Below, one piece after another: positions 25,177 to 37,100 of a stretch of 64,000 bases of DNA. The translations under genes were made by a program, and so were the position numbers. Under the pieces are notes generated by a model that made no database searches, was not told the DNA's origin, and saw only the letters and a program-made list of their open reading frames with translations. Source of the DNA: Takakia lepidozioides (Eukaryota > Plantae > Bryophyta); NCBI GenBank assembly GCA_030704615.1, contig CM060734.1:34348001-34412000 (forward strand). The letters are read 5' to 3'. Every line of letters starts with the position of its first letter. Positions within the stretch are counted from its first letter, which is position 1.

Positions 25177-25701
25177 CTAACCAACCCTCCTCCTATTTCT
25201 GCCAGGTAGAGACAAAGCAATACTCCCTATCTCCCGCTCACTGAACACTAAAGAAAACAAAGGTAGGGTCTGATAGTCTCTCAACTCGAAAGCTTTGAGA
25301 CGATTGCGGGTATCCTCATTGCGGATGACTGCATCCCCTTCAAGCAAAACAAATTTGTCATTGCTAATGAACCCCCCCGCTCGTGATTGCCTTGTGCAGA
25401 GCGTGTCCGGCTGCAACCATGTCTGATTGCACAAACTTGTGTAGCTCATGCTCCTCTGCTCCAGTACACCACGGCCTTGTGGCTGACACCTTGGTACCCG
25501 GGGCTGTCTTTGGCTGTGTTCCAGCCTAGCTTTCACCCACTTTGGTATTTCACTTACAGCTGCAGAACTATTGGCTCCAACAGAGTTCTGACTGTCCAAA
25601 GCAACATTGAGGCCCTCAACGCCAACTACAGCAGTTTGTTGTCTACTGCTAATGCCTGACTCCCAGTATGCAATCAACTCGTCCAACTGTTCTCCACTCA
25701 A
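25177..25701 (-). CDS. Possible small ORF upstream of gag, function unknown
   Basis: 174-codon frame; homologous but disrupted sequence at ~45850-46370 in element 3. Confidence 0.3.
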   Translation of the reverse strand: MSGEQLDELIAYWESGISSRQQTAVVGVEGLNVALDSQNSVGANSSAAVSEIPKWVKARLEHSQRQPRVPRCQPQGRGVLEQRSMSYTSLCNQTWLQPDTLCTRQSRAGGFISNDKFVLLEGDAVIRNEDTRNRLKAFELRDYQTLPLFSLVFSEREIGSIALSLPGRNRRRVG

Positions 25702-26354
25702 ATCAGTCTGAGTTCTTGGGAGACATAAATCATGTCCCCTTGTTGCACAGGCTACGAGAAGAGAACCTGCCCTTCAATTACGTCCTCATTTCCCCCAGCC
25801 ATACAAGGAGTACATCCCCGATTTATCTCTCATGTAGACCAGAACAGTTCTAGAAACATGATTGTGGATCTTTCATGGCACACTCACTCCTCTAAAATTC
25901 CATAGATTTTAGTAGAGTCCCAAAAACAAAAACCAGGTCTAGATAGGTAGATATCCCATTTCTGCAGCTATCCCCTGAAAGACTGAGTCAAACGGAGCTC
26001 ATTTGACAAAGATATGACCAACCAGGCTCTTTAAACATAACACCTTTTTTCTTTCTTCCCCCCCCCCCCCCCCCCCCCCCCCCCCTTTTTTTTTAAATAA
26101 GACAGAACAAATACAAAGAATTTTTATTTTTATTTTTTAATACTTGTCTTGGTTCCCTGTTCCCAGGTTATCTACGGGTTCCCGAGGCCGTTCCCCTCGC
26201 ACTGTGAGCACACTACTGCCCCATTTCCAGTGCAGTTTGAGCATAGAATGCTGTTGGCTTTACTTGGAGGCGTGGACTGTGATGCCTGGACGCACACACT
26301 GCGGAGGACCACCATCACCGCATTTCCGAGCGCACTCCACAGCAGCAGTCTTCC

Positions 26355-26389
<35 letters not shown>

Positions 26390-26679
26390 ATGGCGGGACT
26401 TACAACAATAGCACAGGGCATCACAGCGTCCTTGGCATCAGCGGCATGGCGTGGGTGCCCTCAGATGCAGCTCACAGTAAGGGGCGATCTCGCATGGAGC
26501 AACCTCCTCTGTTGCACCAACTGTGCGCCGCCGAGAAGTGCTTCATCTGGTGGGAGCGACCTCAGGGTATGCAGCAGCTACTGCTAGCACCTGTGGTGGA
26601 GAGCGGGGTTGGCGCGCTCCACTACGCAGTGAATGCCTGGAAGTCTAGTACACCACAACACTCTCTCTCTCAACCTGCC

Positions 26680-26885
26680 CTTAGAAAGAAAACCATTCAA
26701 AGTGATCCCTCCCACTGCATTTGTCTCCGCAGCGTTTTTATAAATTAGATCCTCCCATGGGCTGCCACAAAATTGCAACAATCCATGTGTCTCTCTTTCA
26801 TTGTCAGAACCACCAGAACTGCATGATTGGAGGCGGCTATTGAGAAAAGCTCCTCCAGCTCCTGAGAACGCAGTGCACCATCCCC
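26680..26885 (-). pseudogene. MIRO: Captured fragment of a mitochondrial Rho GTPase (MIRO) gene
   Basis: GDGALRSQELEELFS and SPWEDLIYKNAAETNAVGGITLNGFLSK match the second EF-hand region of plant MIRO; the spacer between them ends in a splice-acceptor-like ttttgtggcag. Confidence 0.75.
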
Positions 26886-28220
26886 TCTTTGAGAATCTTG
26901 GACTGCAGACTGATGTGCAGGGCCCTTCTTCAGATGTGCAAGCTTTTTCATTGACAGCCCCTGTGGAAGTCGACCCACAAAGCTTGATGCAAAGACAGCC
27001 CACCGAATCTTGATTTCCTTTTCGAAACCCACTGTATGGTGCGGATGCCTTGCTTCATTCTTCGAATCTATGTACCTCTTCTTCCTCTTCTTCCAGCACT
27101 TGCAGAATTTCACATAAGGCACTTTTGTGCTCCCTTTGGTGTTGAAATCCTTTTGGAATGTTGAAGTATCGGTGGAATATCGGTGCCAACGTATGGCCCG
27201 TACACAGTTCAGATTTCGTGTCAAAGACTGCTTCCAACACCTCCCTCAAGGTGAGACCAACCCTGCCCTGAAACGCGAGGACAGCCTCAGCTTCGTCTAA
27301 TATGAAGTAGACTTTTGACATGTAAAAAGGAGAATCAACACCCTCCTCCAGCCGTGCCTACTGCAATGTAATCACAATGTAGTCACAGACACCAGCATTC
27401 TCTCCTTCGCCACGCATTTTCGCATAGTTCACCATCGGCTGGGGAGTTGAGCCAACATTGGAGGATTCATAGTTGGGAGGCATCCGCTTTCTTTGCCGCC
27501 ATGATCTTATATGCTTGTCTTTTCCCTAGCTCCTACTCGTAGCCGATGTCGAGAAGGCAATGTCAGGTTCTGCTACGTGCTCACGATAGCCGAATCTCTG
27601 ATCGTCATAAACAGATTGCTTTGCTCGGCCCTCAGTCCGTTAGTTGCGTAGGATATCACACTGCGAAGTCATCAACGTAATTCCTGCCCATCATCTGGTA
27701 GCAAACTACTTCTCCCGCAGGCCTTGCCTTGTACAATCGTAATCATGAATGCCAATGACAGCACAGTGTCTATAGCCGCACCCTAGCAAGCTGTTTTCCC
27801 CCGTGAGTTCATAAGTTGCTAAGTGGTGATCACAAGTAGAGCGGCAGCTCCGCCTCTCCTCATAGGCTCAAATCATCAAAAAACAAACAGATGGCATCGT
27901 CTCGCCCCACCTGCACTTGCACACCCTTCCAAGCATTGCTCACCTTCTTTCAACAAATCGTTTCTCTCACTTTTAAAACAAAAACCACAAGTGCTAAAAC
28001 TAAACTCACCTCTGGCATTCACAGATGCAAGCCTCATCTCTCTCGAGTGATAAGAAAGAACTAAACTCCAATAACAAGATAAACACAAACCAACACCATC
28101 ACTCTTTAAAATAGAAGTCGAGCCAGGGGCACCCCAAGCTATGGGGACTCCACCCCATAACAACCTATCCTCCCATCATAAACACACTCAGTTCTAAACG
28201 CATACAGGAGCTCGGTCGCG

Positions 28221-28396
28221 CAGGCTCAACTCGAGAGAGATGAGCTGCGCGACTGACGCTCTCGTGAAGATAAGATGGTTCAGGTGTCAAGCTCAAACTT
28301 GATACCTGACTTAACACTTGAACTAAATCGAAGTGTTAAATACAAATAACTAGTTTTATTCTAGTTAGTTTCACACTGTGTTTATTTAACTTGACA
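28221..28396 (-). repeat. 5' terminal repeat B of element 1, with no adjacent A copy
   Basis: 176 bp; I count 5 differences from 16840-17015. Confidence 0.95.
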
Positions 28397-29682
28397 GGGG
28401 GTTTAGAAAATCAACACAATAATGTCGGATATACATGGATTAACCCAAGTCTAAAACACACCATGTTGTACTTTTTTTGTCGTAAGGGCTACGTTTACTG
28501 AACCACATGTTCATTTGACATTATCTACGCAATGCAAAGTCTAATGCATAATTGACCACCAATCGACATTGTACGCTTAATGCCTAAATTGACAGACCAC
28601 CAAAATCGACATTGCATGACCACTGTAAAATCGAATAGACTACCAATCGACTTTAGCACCGATCAACAAATTTGATCCATCTGTAATTCCAATCTATTTT
28701 TTATTTTTATTTATTGATATTTTATTATGTGAGGGAAAAAATAAACCCCTGTGGGGCCATAAGGCAACACACCTGACGGTGAGGGACGAACCCAGAGTAC
28801 TTTTAACGGAGAGAAATCCATCCAAGAGGATGAGGTGGAATGCTACGATTAAGAAAAACAACTAGGAGAGGGTCAAGAGCGAAAGTAGTGCTCACGAGAT
28901 GCGAGCTTTAAATGAGGGCAAGGGTATGCCGACTAGCCCTGACAGATTCCTACCACTGCTAAACAATGAGAAGAGCATCCTATAAGTGAACTTTGCATCT
29001 TTAGAACAAGGAAGCCAGGATTTGCTTGAGAGAAGAAAGCCTTGGAGAGATCAGCTATGAGCGATCCATTTCAAGCAGGGATTGGAGCCCAAGAGAGATA
29101 ATAAAAGAGAACACTTAGAGTAAGGCATTCTTGAAGACATAGACCAGGGAGCATGTTTTCACAGCTGGCGTTGGAGGTCGCTACTTGCCGAAGCTAAGCC
29201 AAGTTGAGTTCCTGCCATTGATGTGCTTCCAATTAATTTCCCTATCGAACTCCGGTGAGTCATGGTAGCACAATGATTGCCCCTTGCCAGGAGTCCGGTG
29301 GGTCTCTGGTCCAGAGACAGATTGTCGAGGAAGAGCAGTTGCATATGATGTTAATTTTCCCCCAAGAGCATTTGAATTTGTTGTCACAGCAATTATAGGG
29401 TTAAGTGCAATTCCTATGTTTGCATTTGGATTTTGAAAGTCAATTGATCTCATAGGAGCCTTGGAGTTGGAGGGGAGTCCAGTGATTTCATGATTTGGAT
29501 GTGACATTGCGGGTGTTGCTGGGCTATCTTCAGAATCAACAAGTATTGTTGTGGATGTGATGATTGGCCCATGTTGTGGGGATGACTGATCTCGTGGGGC
29601 CTCCATTCGCTGAATTCCGCTGTAACTCCGGTATTGGTGACCATAGAATGCCAGCTGACATCTCCTCGCCGCCATGGATATA

Positions 29683-31191
29683 CTAGAGGGGGGACCTAGT
29701 GTTCACAATAGATCTGGAGATGTCATTTTCTAGCTCCATTGGGTCATTTGGTCTGCGGTGTTTTTTGGCAGTTGGTGCTGCTGGTGACGAAGGAATCCCA
29801 TTTAGGGACCAGCATGGGCTATCACCGTAGATACTAGATGTAGTTTGTTTCAAAGCAGCTGCCTGATCCTGACTAGGCATTATCTGAGTTGAGGGTACTT
29901 TCTCTTTAGAAGAGGCATTCCCCATAGGTGCTTGCATAGTCTGAGTTGAGGGTACTTTCTCCTTAGAAGAGGCATTCCCCAAAGGCGCTTTGGACCCATT
30001 GGTGCAAATGCCGTCTGCTGGTGTAATTTGATTCCTGTGAGAGGTTGCAATCAGCGGAGCAGAGGTTGCCAGAAGTGAAGTAGAGGCCAATTGGATTGGG
30101 GAATTGCGTTTTCTCTTTCCAATAGGACAGTCTGCTTTCATATGACCCTGCTTTCCACAGTTGAAACAACCTGTACCAGGCGAGTCTTCCATTAGTTTGA
30201 CTAAGAAGAAGTTTCCCTTGTTGTCTATGGGCAGCCTGATGTAGTTTGGGATTTTGCCCTCATTGGGCATCATAATCACAATTTTGGGCAAACCATTCTC
30301 CTTCATTTTGGAAGCAATTGTGACTCCTTTCCATGCCTGTTCTTTTCTCAAGTTGTCCAAGCACATCTCAGGGTCAAACACAACCAGACAACCCAGGTAG
30401 TAACCAAAGGAATTCCCAATGTTAGGGAGGAAATATAGGTATTGGTCTGGGATCCCACAGACAGTAACAATCCTTGGGGCCCAAATTTTCCCATTCATGT
30501 TTCCCATCTGAGGAGACCATGGAAAAATGTTAACATTGAACCCCAGCTTGTGGGGGTTGAACGCCAGGGTATGATCTGCTGCTGCTTTGGTTTCGAACAT
30601 TATGGAAAAAAACCCACGTCCTTTTGGATGACAAAAGTGTTGCTGCAGATCGCCCGATCCTCCAAGGTGTGAGGTCACCCAGTCCCTAACATCGGTTCTA
30701 TTTTGCTTCTTCCCGGGAAAATGCAGGAGAATACCTCGTTCTTGGCATCCAGAGACCTTGTCACAAAGGGAATCCAAATCAATGGCTATTGAGAGCGCCG
30801 CTTCTTCCATTTCAGCCTGCGATTCTTCAATATCGCCGTCCACAGACAGTGCTTCCTCTGGCTCGTTGGGCATACTGGAGGCAGTGTGAGGTGGGGGGAC
30901 TGATCGGTCAGCTGAAGACGCTGCTGCAGTGGCCAAGGCATTGACGTTGTCGTTGTAAATTGGACCTGAAGACGCCGCTCCAATGGCTAAGGCACGGACA
31001 TTGTCCATTCGACCTATTGCTTGAGCTTGGTAGGCTAGGAAGAAGGCATCACCCGATTGCCTCAAATGCCTAGCAGGTGGGGGCGCTTGCATGATCGAGC
31101 GATTGATTCTGCTTCTGGGGTTGATGCGCACACCCTTGAACTGAAAATTAGGACCCATCTTCGACTGATAAAGTGAGGTTCGCTCAATCAA
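29683..31191 (-). CDS. Plant L1-type LINE ORF1 (DUF4283-like region and CCHC zinc knuckle); no ORF2 recognised; A-rich tail at ~28697-28728
   Basis: GRGFFSIMFETKAAADHTL...IFPWSP, VCGIPDQY...IGNSFG, CFNCGKQGHMKADC. Confidence 0.85.
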   Translation of the reverse strand: MIERTSLYQSKMGPNFQFKGVRINPRSRINRSIMQAPPPARHLRQSGDAFFLAYQAQAIGRMDNVRALAIGAASSGPIYNDNVNALATAAASSADRSVPPPHTASSMPNEPEEALSVDGDIEESQAEMEEAALSIAIDLDSLCDKVSGCQERGILLHFPGKKQNRTDVRDWVTSHLGGSGDLQQHFCHPKGRGFFSIMFETKAAADHTLAFNPHKLGFNVNIFPWSPQMGNMNGKIWAPRIVTVCGIPDQYLYFLPNIGNSFGYYLGCLVVFDPEMCLDNLRKEQAWKGVTIASKMKENGLPKIVIMMPNEGKIPNYIRLPIDNKGNFFLVKLMEDSPGTGCFNCGKQGHMKADCPIGKRKRNSPIQLASTSLLATSAPLIATSHRNQITPADGICTNGSKAPLGNASSKEKVPSTQTMQAPMGNASSKEKVPSTQIMPSQDQAAALKQTTSSIYGDSPCWSLNGIPSSPAAPTAKKHRRPNDPMELENDISRSIVNTRSPL

Positions 31192-32199
31192 TAGAGGGAG
31201 TTGTGGCTTGCCGAGAGTCTAGAACACGATCTGGAGAGAGGCTTGGGGAGATACACACTTGGTATAGGCAAAAGGTGGTGGAAGGATGAGAGTAGTGAAA
31301 GGCGGTTGACTGTCTCATCGGCCTTTAATGAAGGATAACTACAGTCAGGCCAAAATATCGGCACTGTGAGAATGGGGGCGCATTGAAGCGAAGGAGTTTC
31401 TCGAAAAGAGCATCAGGATGAAGGTAGATGGATACATGTTTGTATTTAGATAGGCTTGATGAAAATTGACACTAGTCCAGATTAACGTTTTTATTACTAC
31501 GGGTGATATAAACCTTGGTAACCATGACTATATATGTGACTACAGAGTGACGAAACCCATTGTTGGACGAAATTTAATATATTTTAATCTAATGACGTCA
31601 TACATATTACTACATGACTAGGAGCCGCGGTCAAACATTGTTGACCAAGAACAGAGGCTTGGTTTATATAACTAGTAGTCATATGCACTACTACACGTCA
31701 ACAAGTGCTACATAAGCTTATGACTAAATGACTACACCATTACTACACATTGATGACATGCCATAGAAGCTTATGACTACATGACTACATGAGGTTTCAC
31801 AACTCTGTTTATATGACTACATCACTACACGTGGCATCTTAAGGCATATACATGAATGGATTCATCCATTGGATGACCTCATCCATCTATCTTTAATGAG
31901 GCACTTGTGTCATTGGAATGACACAAAGTGCAAAAAGTTAAAAAGTTCAAAAATTTGATTTAAGGTTGCCCACGTTCAGCCGTGAACAGAGGGTTGGGAC
32001 TTAGCCTCCTTTTGTCTCATGTGCTACGATCTGTTTTGTTTTCTTAGTATCGAGCCGAAGCAGTGAGAACTTGTGTCATGGAATGCCATGATCGCATGAT
32101 ATGCAATACAGGGGCGTGGGATAGAGGCTTTGAGACCTATTCTTGAGCAAATGATGCAGGAATGGCGAGGATATGCACATCAGGGGCGTGGTATAGAGG

Positions 32200-32818
32200 T
32201 GTCAAGTTATTTTACCACTAGTGTGAAACTAGCTAGGAAATAGCTAGTTTTTACATATTGACATTTGGGATTGGCCCAAGTGTCAATCCAGGGGTCAAGG
32301 CAAATTTAGGCCCTGGAGTGGTTATCTTCACGGCAAGCACGGGAGGCTCATCTTTCTCGAGTTGAGCCTCACCGCGCCTAGCTATGGCGCCGTAGTGTGG
32401 ATTCCCCATGGCGTGGGGTGCACTTGGCTTTACTTGTATTTGAGTGATGAGGTTATATATGCATGAGTTTATGCTTCAGATTTGTGAGCTCGTGCTTGTA
32501 TTCTTCTTCTTTATCACTCGAGAAAGATCAGCTCGTATCTGTGAGTGCCAGATACGAGTTAGTTGTAGCACTTGTGGTTTTTGCTTGAGAATGAGAGAAA
32601 CCAGGTTGTTATGCAAGGAGCATCGTGGAGCTCTTGGTTGTTAGAAGCGAAGGCGATGTGGGTTACGAGGTGGTAGACCTTGGCATTCGATCTTCAGCTT
32701 CAGAGATGAAAGCACCATGCTGCATTGCACTTTGTGGAGTATGTTGAGATTGGGTTTCAATCTCGAGCTTCAGCATTGAGAGGGCTCTTGTCATGGCAAG
32801 AGCAGGGCTGGAACATGA
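32200..32818 (+). mobile_element. 5' end (B repeat and leader) of a third, diverged subfamily of the split-repeat Gypsy
   Basis: Starts tgtcaagtta; colinear similarity to the element 1 5' end (gtgtgaaacta, ttatcttcacg, gctcatct..agttgagcc, tccccat..tggggtgc). Confidence 0.75.
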
Positions 32819-33559
32819 TGTCAAGTTAACTAAACACGGTGTGAAACTAACTAGAATAAAGCTAGTTAGTTGTATTTAACACTTGGATTTAGTTCAAGTG
32901 TTAAGTCAGGTGTCAAGTTTAGCTTGACACCTGAACCATCTTATCTTCACGAGAGCATCAGTCGTGCGGCTCATCTCTCTCAAGTTGAACCTGCACGACC
33001 GAGCTCCTTCTCTGCTTAGAATCTGAGTGTGCTTATGAAGGGAGAATAAGATGTTGTGGGGTGGAGTCCCCATAGCTTGGGGTGCCCCTGGCTCGACTCT
33101 TAGTTTTAATGAGTGATTGTGTTGTATTGAGTGTTTCTGTGTCAACAGTGTGAATCTAGTTTCAATCACTCGAGAGAGATCATCTATCTAGTTTTCTAGT
33201 GCTAAGCTAGATATGATGTTTTTGTTTTTAAGCACTATTAGAATATAGCTTGGTCACAGGGAGCATGCAGTTAGACTGGCTATGTGTGCCGAGTGGAGCA
33301 AAACAAGAAGGCGGAAACCATTTGAAGGAGGTTAGCTATTTCATGAGCATGAGCGGCATGAGCGGAGTAGTAAGACAATCGGTTTTCATGAGCAGAAGTA
33401 CAAATTTCGAAAATAAAAAACAATAAAAAAACAATAATTTAATGCAATGTGTCAGGAAAAACAAATATATTATTCGGCCCCTTGAAGGGAAAATTGTAGT
33501 TTTGACAGTTGTGCTCATGATATTTCGTCTTCCGCTCATGCCAATTCCCAGCGACATGT

Positions 33560-34000
33560 GCAAATATGGCGCCGAATTTCGCGGTAATAGGGTCCGTAAC
33601 CTGAAAAAACGGCGACGTATTTCGTGGTAATAGGTCTCTCTAGCGAAAAATGGTGCCGAATTCCACGGCTATAGGTCCCCTCATGACAGGTAATTCGGCG
33701 CCATTTTTCCAGTGCATGTTGGGACTTAGCCAGTTTTCGGCGCAAAATAGGGAAATTCGGCGCCATTTTTCCAGACACTGTATCAGTGCATGTTGGGACT
33801 TAGCCAGTTTTCGGCCCAAAAAAAGAGAAATTCGGCGCCATTTTTCCAGACACGGTACCAGTGCATGTTGGGACTTAGCCAGTTTTCGGCCCAAAAAAGA
33901 GAAATTCGGCGCCATTTTCCCAGACACATGTACCAGTGCATGTTGGGACTTAGCCAGTTTTCGGCCCCAAAAAGAGAAATTTGGCGCCATTTTTCCAGAA
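33560..34000. repeat. Left subterminal array: four ~75-bp tandem units plus scattered aaattcggcgcc sites
   Basis: Unit cagtgcatgttgggacttagccagttttcggcccaaaaaagagaaattcggcgccatttttccagacac repeated over 33709-33998. Confidence 0.92.
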
Positions 34001-34153
34001 ATGGCCCCACAACTGCTTCTGTTGGATCTCAGTTTGAATGGAATATTGCCTCATTCCAGGAGTTTTGGGGTGCATTTCATTACACTGCAAAAAAAAGTCT
34101 GATACAGCAAAATGCAATTGAAAATATCCATATGGAGGATTCCCTTTGCCCCA

Positions 34154-37100
34154 TCAATGATTTCTGGAATCCCTAAGGAGGAGTTTGTGCAGCTCGTTCA
34201 CGCTCAACGCCGGTGCATGAATAAAGTAATCAATAGTCACGTTCATCCTCAACCTCTTCAGGTAAATGTAATACAGATGCTTGCACGGATAATACTTCGA
34301 ACCCTTCTTTGCTTCCATCAACGAGAAGTCCGTACAATTGCAAGTCGGCTCCACTCCAATCGTAATTGTGTATACATCGTCGCGTACAGCCGAGCCGGCC
34401 GTTGCCATCCGATACACACGCCCAAGGCCGGGTGGGGGTACGTCCACGGAGCTCTGAATAGTGCAAGCCATCCCAAGAGCATTGACAATCCGAGTCTCAT
34501 TCAACTTGTTGGGAGGGTGTCGTCTCTTCACTCTTCCGAATCGCATTGTGGGATGTGCAGAATTGTCCAATCCGTCTCTACTGGACCGAGCAGTCTGCAA
34601 TGGCTGGGTCTGAGGAACCGGAAATGCGTGGGCCGGGATGTCTGTGTGTTGCACCATTCGAAATCCTGCTGCAGATAGAGTGTCCGCCTCATTTTGAGAG
34701 AGGCTGCAACCCGGTGCAACAGGCCAGACGCCCGGAGGCTCCGGCATTCCCTGAATCCCGTACTTGGGCTTGCCAAATACACAGGTCATTATGTCGTGCC
34801 TACAGAACCAAAATGTCTGCGTTGTGGCGTGAGCAAATGTGGGAGTCAAAAATCTGTCGCTAAAATAAGGTGCAGGTACAGCACCGTGTGGGTTCCTCCG
34901 AATCATCTCACCACAGCGTGCTCTCGTATCCACCCGGATGGCGCAGCACTTCCCTCGAAATGCCGGCAATGTCCTCGCAATTCTCCACTGTGACTCCGAC
35001 ACTCTTGTCTCCACAATGGGAATGTTGTACTGCTTTACTACAGATGGCTCGTTATGTTGCCGGGGCACACGCCCTGTGCTCAAAGGAGATGACGATCTTG
35101 AACGTGCAGGACTTGCGGTGCTTGACGAGACCTCCTCGGGCAACATCACCGGACCACGAGGGAGCGTGCGAATATTCTTGTCAGCTCACCATGAATCCTC
35201 TTCTCCGCCAGGTGCCTCGTCAAGTCTTCGTCTCACTGGACGGGTATGAACATCTCCTTCCAAATGTTGGCCTCTTCGCAACAATGGCGTGTCCCGAAGG
35301 CCCTCTCGCAAGGCCGCTGCCCACTTCCGAGGATTCTTCGATCTAGAGGCAGTCCGCATCAGCATTTCTTGCCTGTCCGGCCCCAAGCCCCACTGTTTCC
35401 CTTTCAAGAACTCGTTATACCTGCATTGTTGCATAATTGACCTCACAATGTCCTCCGTTGTGGCAGTGAGGATGTCCACCAGATGCGCCATAGAGGAGGC
35501 ATGCCAGGAAGAGTGCACTGATTCGGCCATGTTTGTCATGGGCATGTCGGTGTCGGAGTCGAGACACATTTCCTGCACAAGCACATGTTGAGGTTACAAG
35601 CAAGTTACAAATATGGCTAAGAATAATATTCAACGGGACGCGAATTCGTGCAACTCACCTCCCGCATATAGTCGCCGAACTGGAGGAAACGATAATGCCA
35701 CCATGCTAGCCAACTGACCATTGCTCCCTCGTCTGATTTCCTTACAGCACCTGACGATGTCCACCAAGCCCGTATACATGCAAACTGTGTCTCTGCATCA
35801 TCCAAGGTGGGAGCGCGCTTCCACGCAAGGCACATGGAACGGTGCTCCTCTCTGAAATCTGGCGCCACGAGCCTGGTTGTGTACTGCGAAAGGCTCTGCG
35901 GAAAATGGAACCCACAAGATCTCTCCTTGCCTTCCATGGGAACATGGGGTCTTGCCCGTATACCCTTTGGATGGCAGCCCAATTTGGTTGTGCGTTGTCC
36001 GCCATGAAACCACGGAAATTGGGAGGGGGCAATCCCGCCTTGGCCATCTGTTCGTTTATTCCCTGCCAAAGAAGCATCTCCGATTGTGTGTCCTCTCCTT
36101 TCATCTCACAAATAGCAATTGTCATTAGCATCCTGCAGTGGGTGTCGTAGACATGTGCACCCATTGTCACCCACTGGTGATTTGTAATTCGCTTGATATG
36201 GTCGAACATGACCCAACTGTTTGACAAGTCCCCACTCGTCATCCTGTCGACCAGTTTGACGCCGCTGCCAGGTCCACTCGTGGACATTTTGAATACGAAA
36301 CAACGATCTGCCTCAGTCCCTTGTCCTGGAAACCTACTTCCATGAATGTAGTCATATCCACATCGTCGCTTCACCTCCAGAATGGAGTGCATATCCGAGC
36401 CACGCCCAATTTTCTGTTTGCATGAGACAATGTGGTTTCGGACATTCGGTGAACATACGTGGGACACCGACTCCAGCAATGCCTCCATTTCCTTCTCGTC
36501 GAGAGGAACTCTATCGGAGCCGTCTTCCGACATAATTATGGCCAATGCCATCTTATGGACGGCTTGGAGCTGTATCTGTTTGGGTTTGGCACCCGGTCTC
36601 AACTTAACCTCCTCCTGAACGAGCTGCTCTGCTTCGTGGGCAGCCTCCCGCGAGTTCCCCCTCGCCAATTTGTGACAATGGGAACCAACGTGTATGCAAG
36701 CTCGGGTGAGGTCAGGGAAATGGTGCAACACATAGAACTGCTTGGCATTACAAACAGACATGCAGTGTGGTGGTTCTTTGCAATGCGCACACTTAAATGT
36801 GGAGTTCGGAACCTTCTCCTGAGCTCGAAATGGTTGATGAGCTGTGCCTGTCCAATCGGTCTCGTTCCTGTGACCTCTGGATTTAAAGTGGAAGCAAGTT
36901 GGGGAGAAACACCGCAACGCGCCCGCACAAACAACGTAGCGTACCCGCACACCATCGAGCATCTTCATGCTGGTGGTTTTGGTAACGCACCAAGGATGAC
37001 CGTCATGTTTTCTATCCATATCTGTCAACATTCCGGACGCCCTCGAGTAGTCCGCCCGAGGAGGGAACTCAAAGAAGATATTACCGTCGACGTCGGCGGG

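Larger units (their letters stand above)
16753..28396 (-). mobile_element. Element 1: complete Gypsy retrotransposon encoding a DNMT and a PHD finger, with split direct repeats
   Basis: tgtc...gaca ends; TSD GGGGG at 16748-16752 and 28397-28401; domain order gag-PR-DNMT-RT-RH-IN-PHD; several frameshifts and stops. Confidence 0.95.

Noticed and set aside
27055-27321. Adaptor complex sigma subunit fragment (KVYFILDE)
   Set aside because: The match is too short to support
16753-28396. DIRS/PAT tyrosine-recombinase element
   Set aside because: It has an aspartic protease, an HHCC/DDE integrase and a 5-bp TSD; no recombinase motif seen; the methyltransferase is C5-type, not the DAM-like type of DIRS
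28221-32995. Inverted B repeats (28221-28396 and 32819-32995) as TIRs of one element
   Set aside because: They are the 5' ends of two separate copies in opposite orientation
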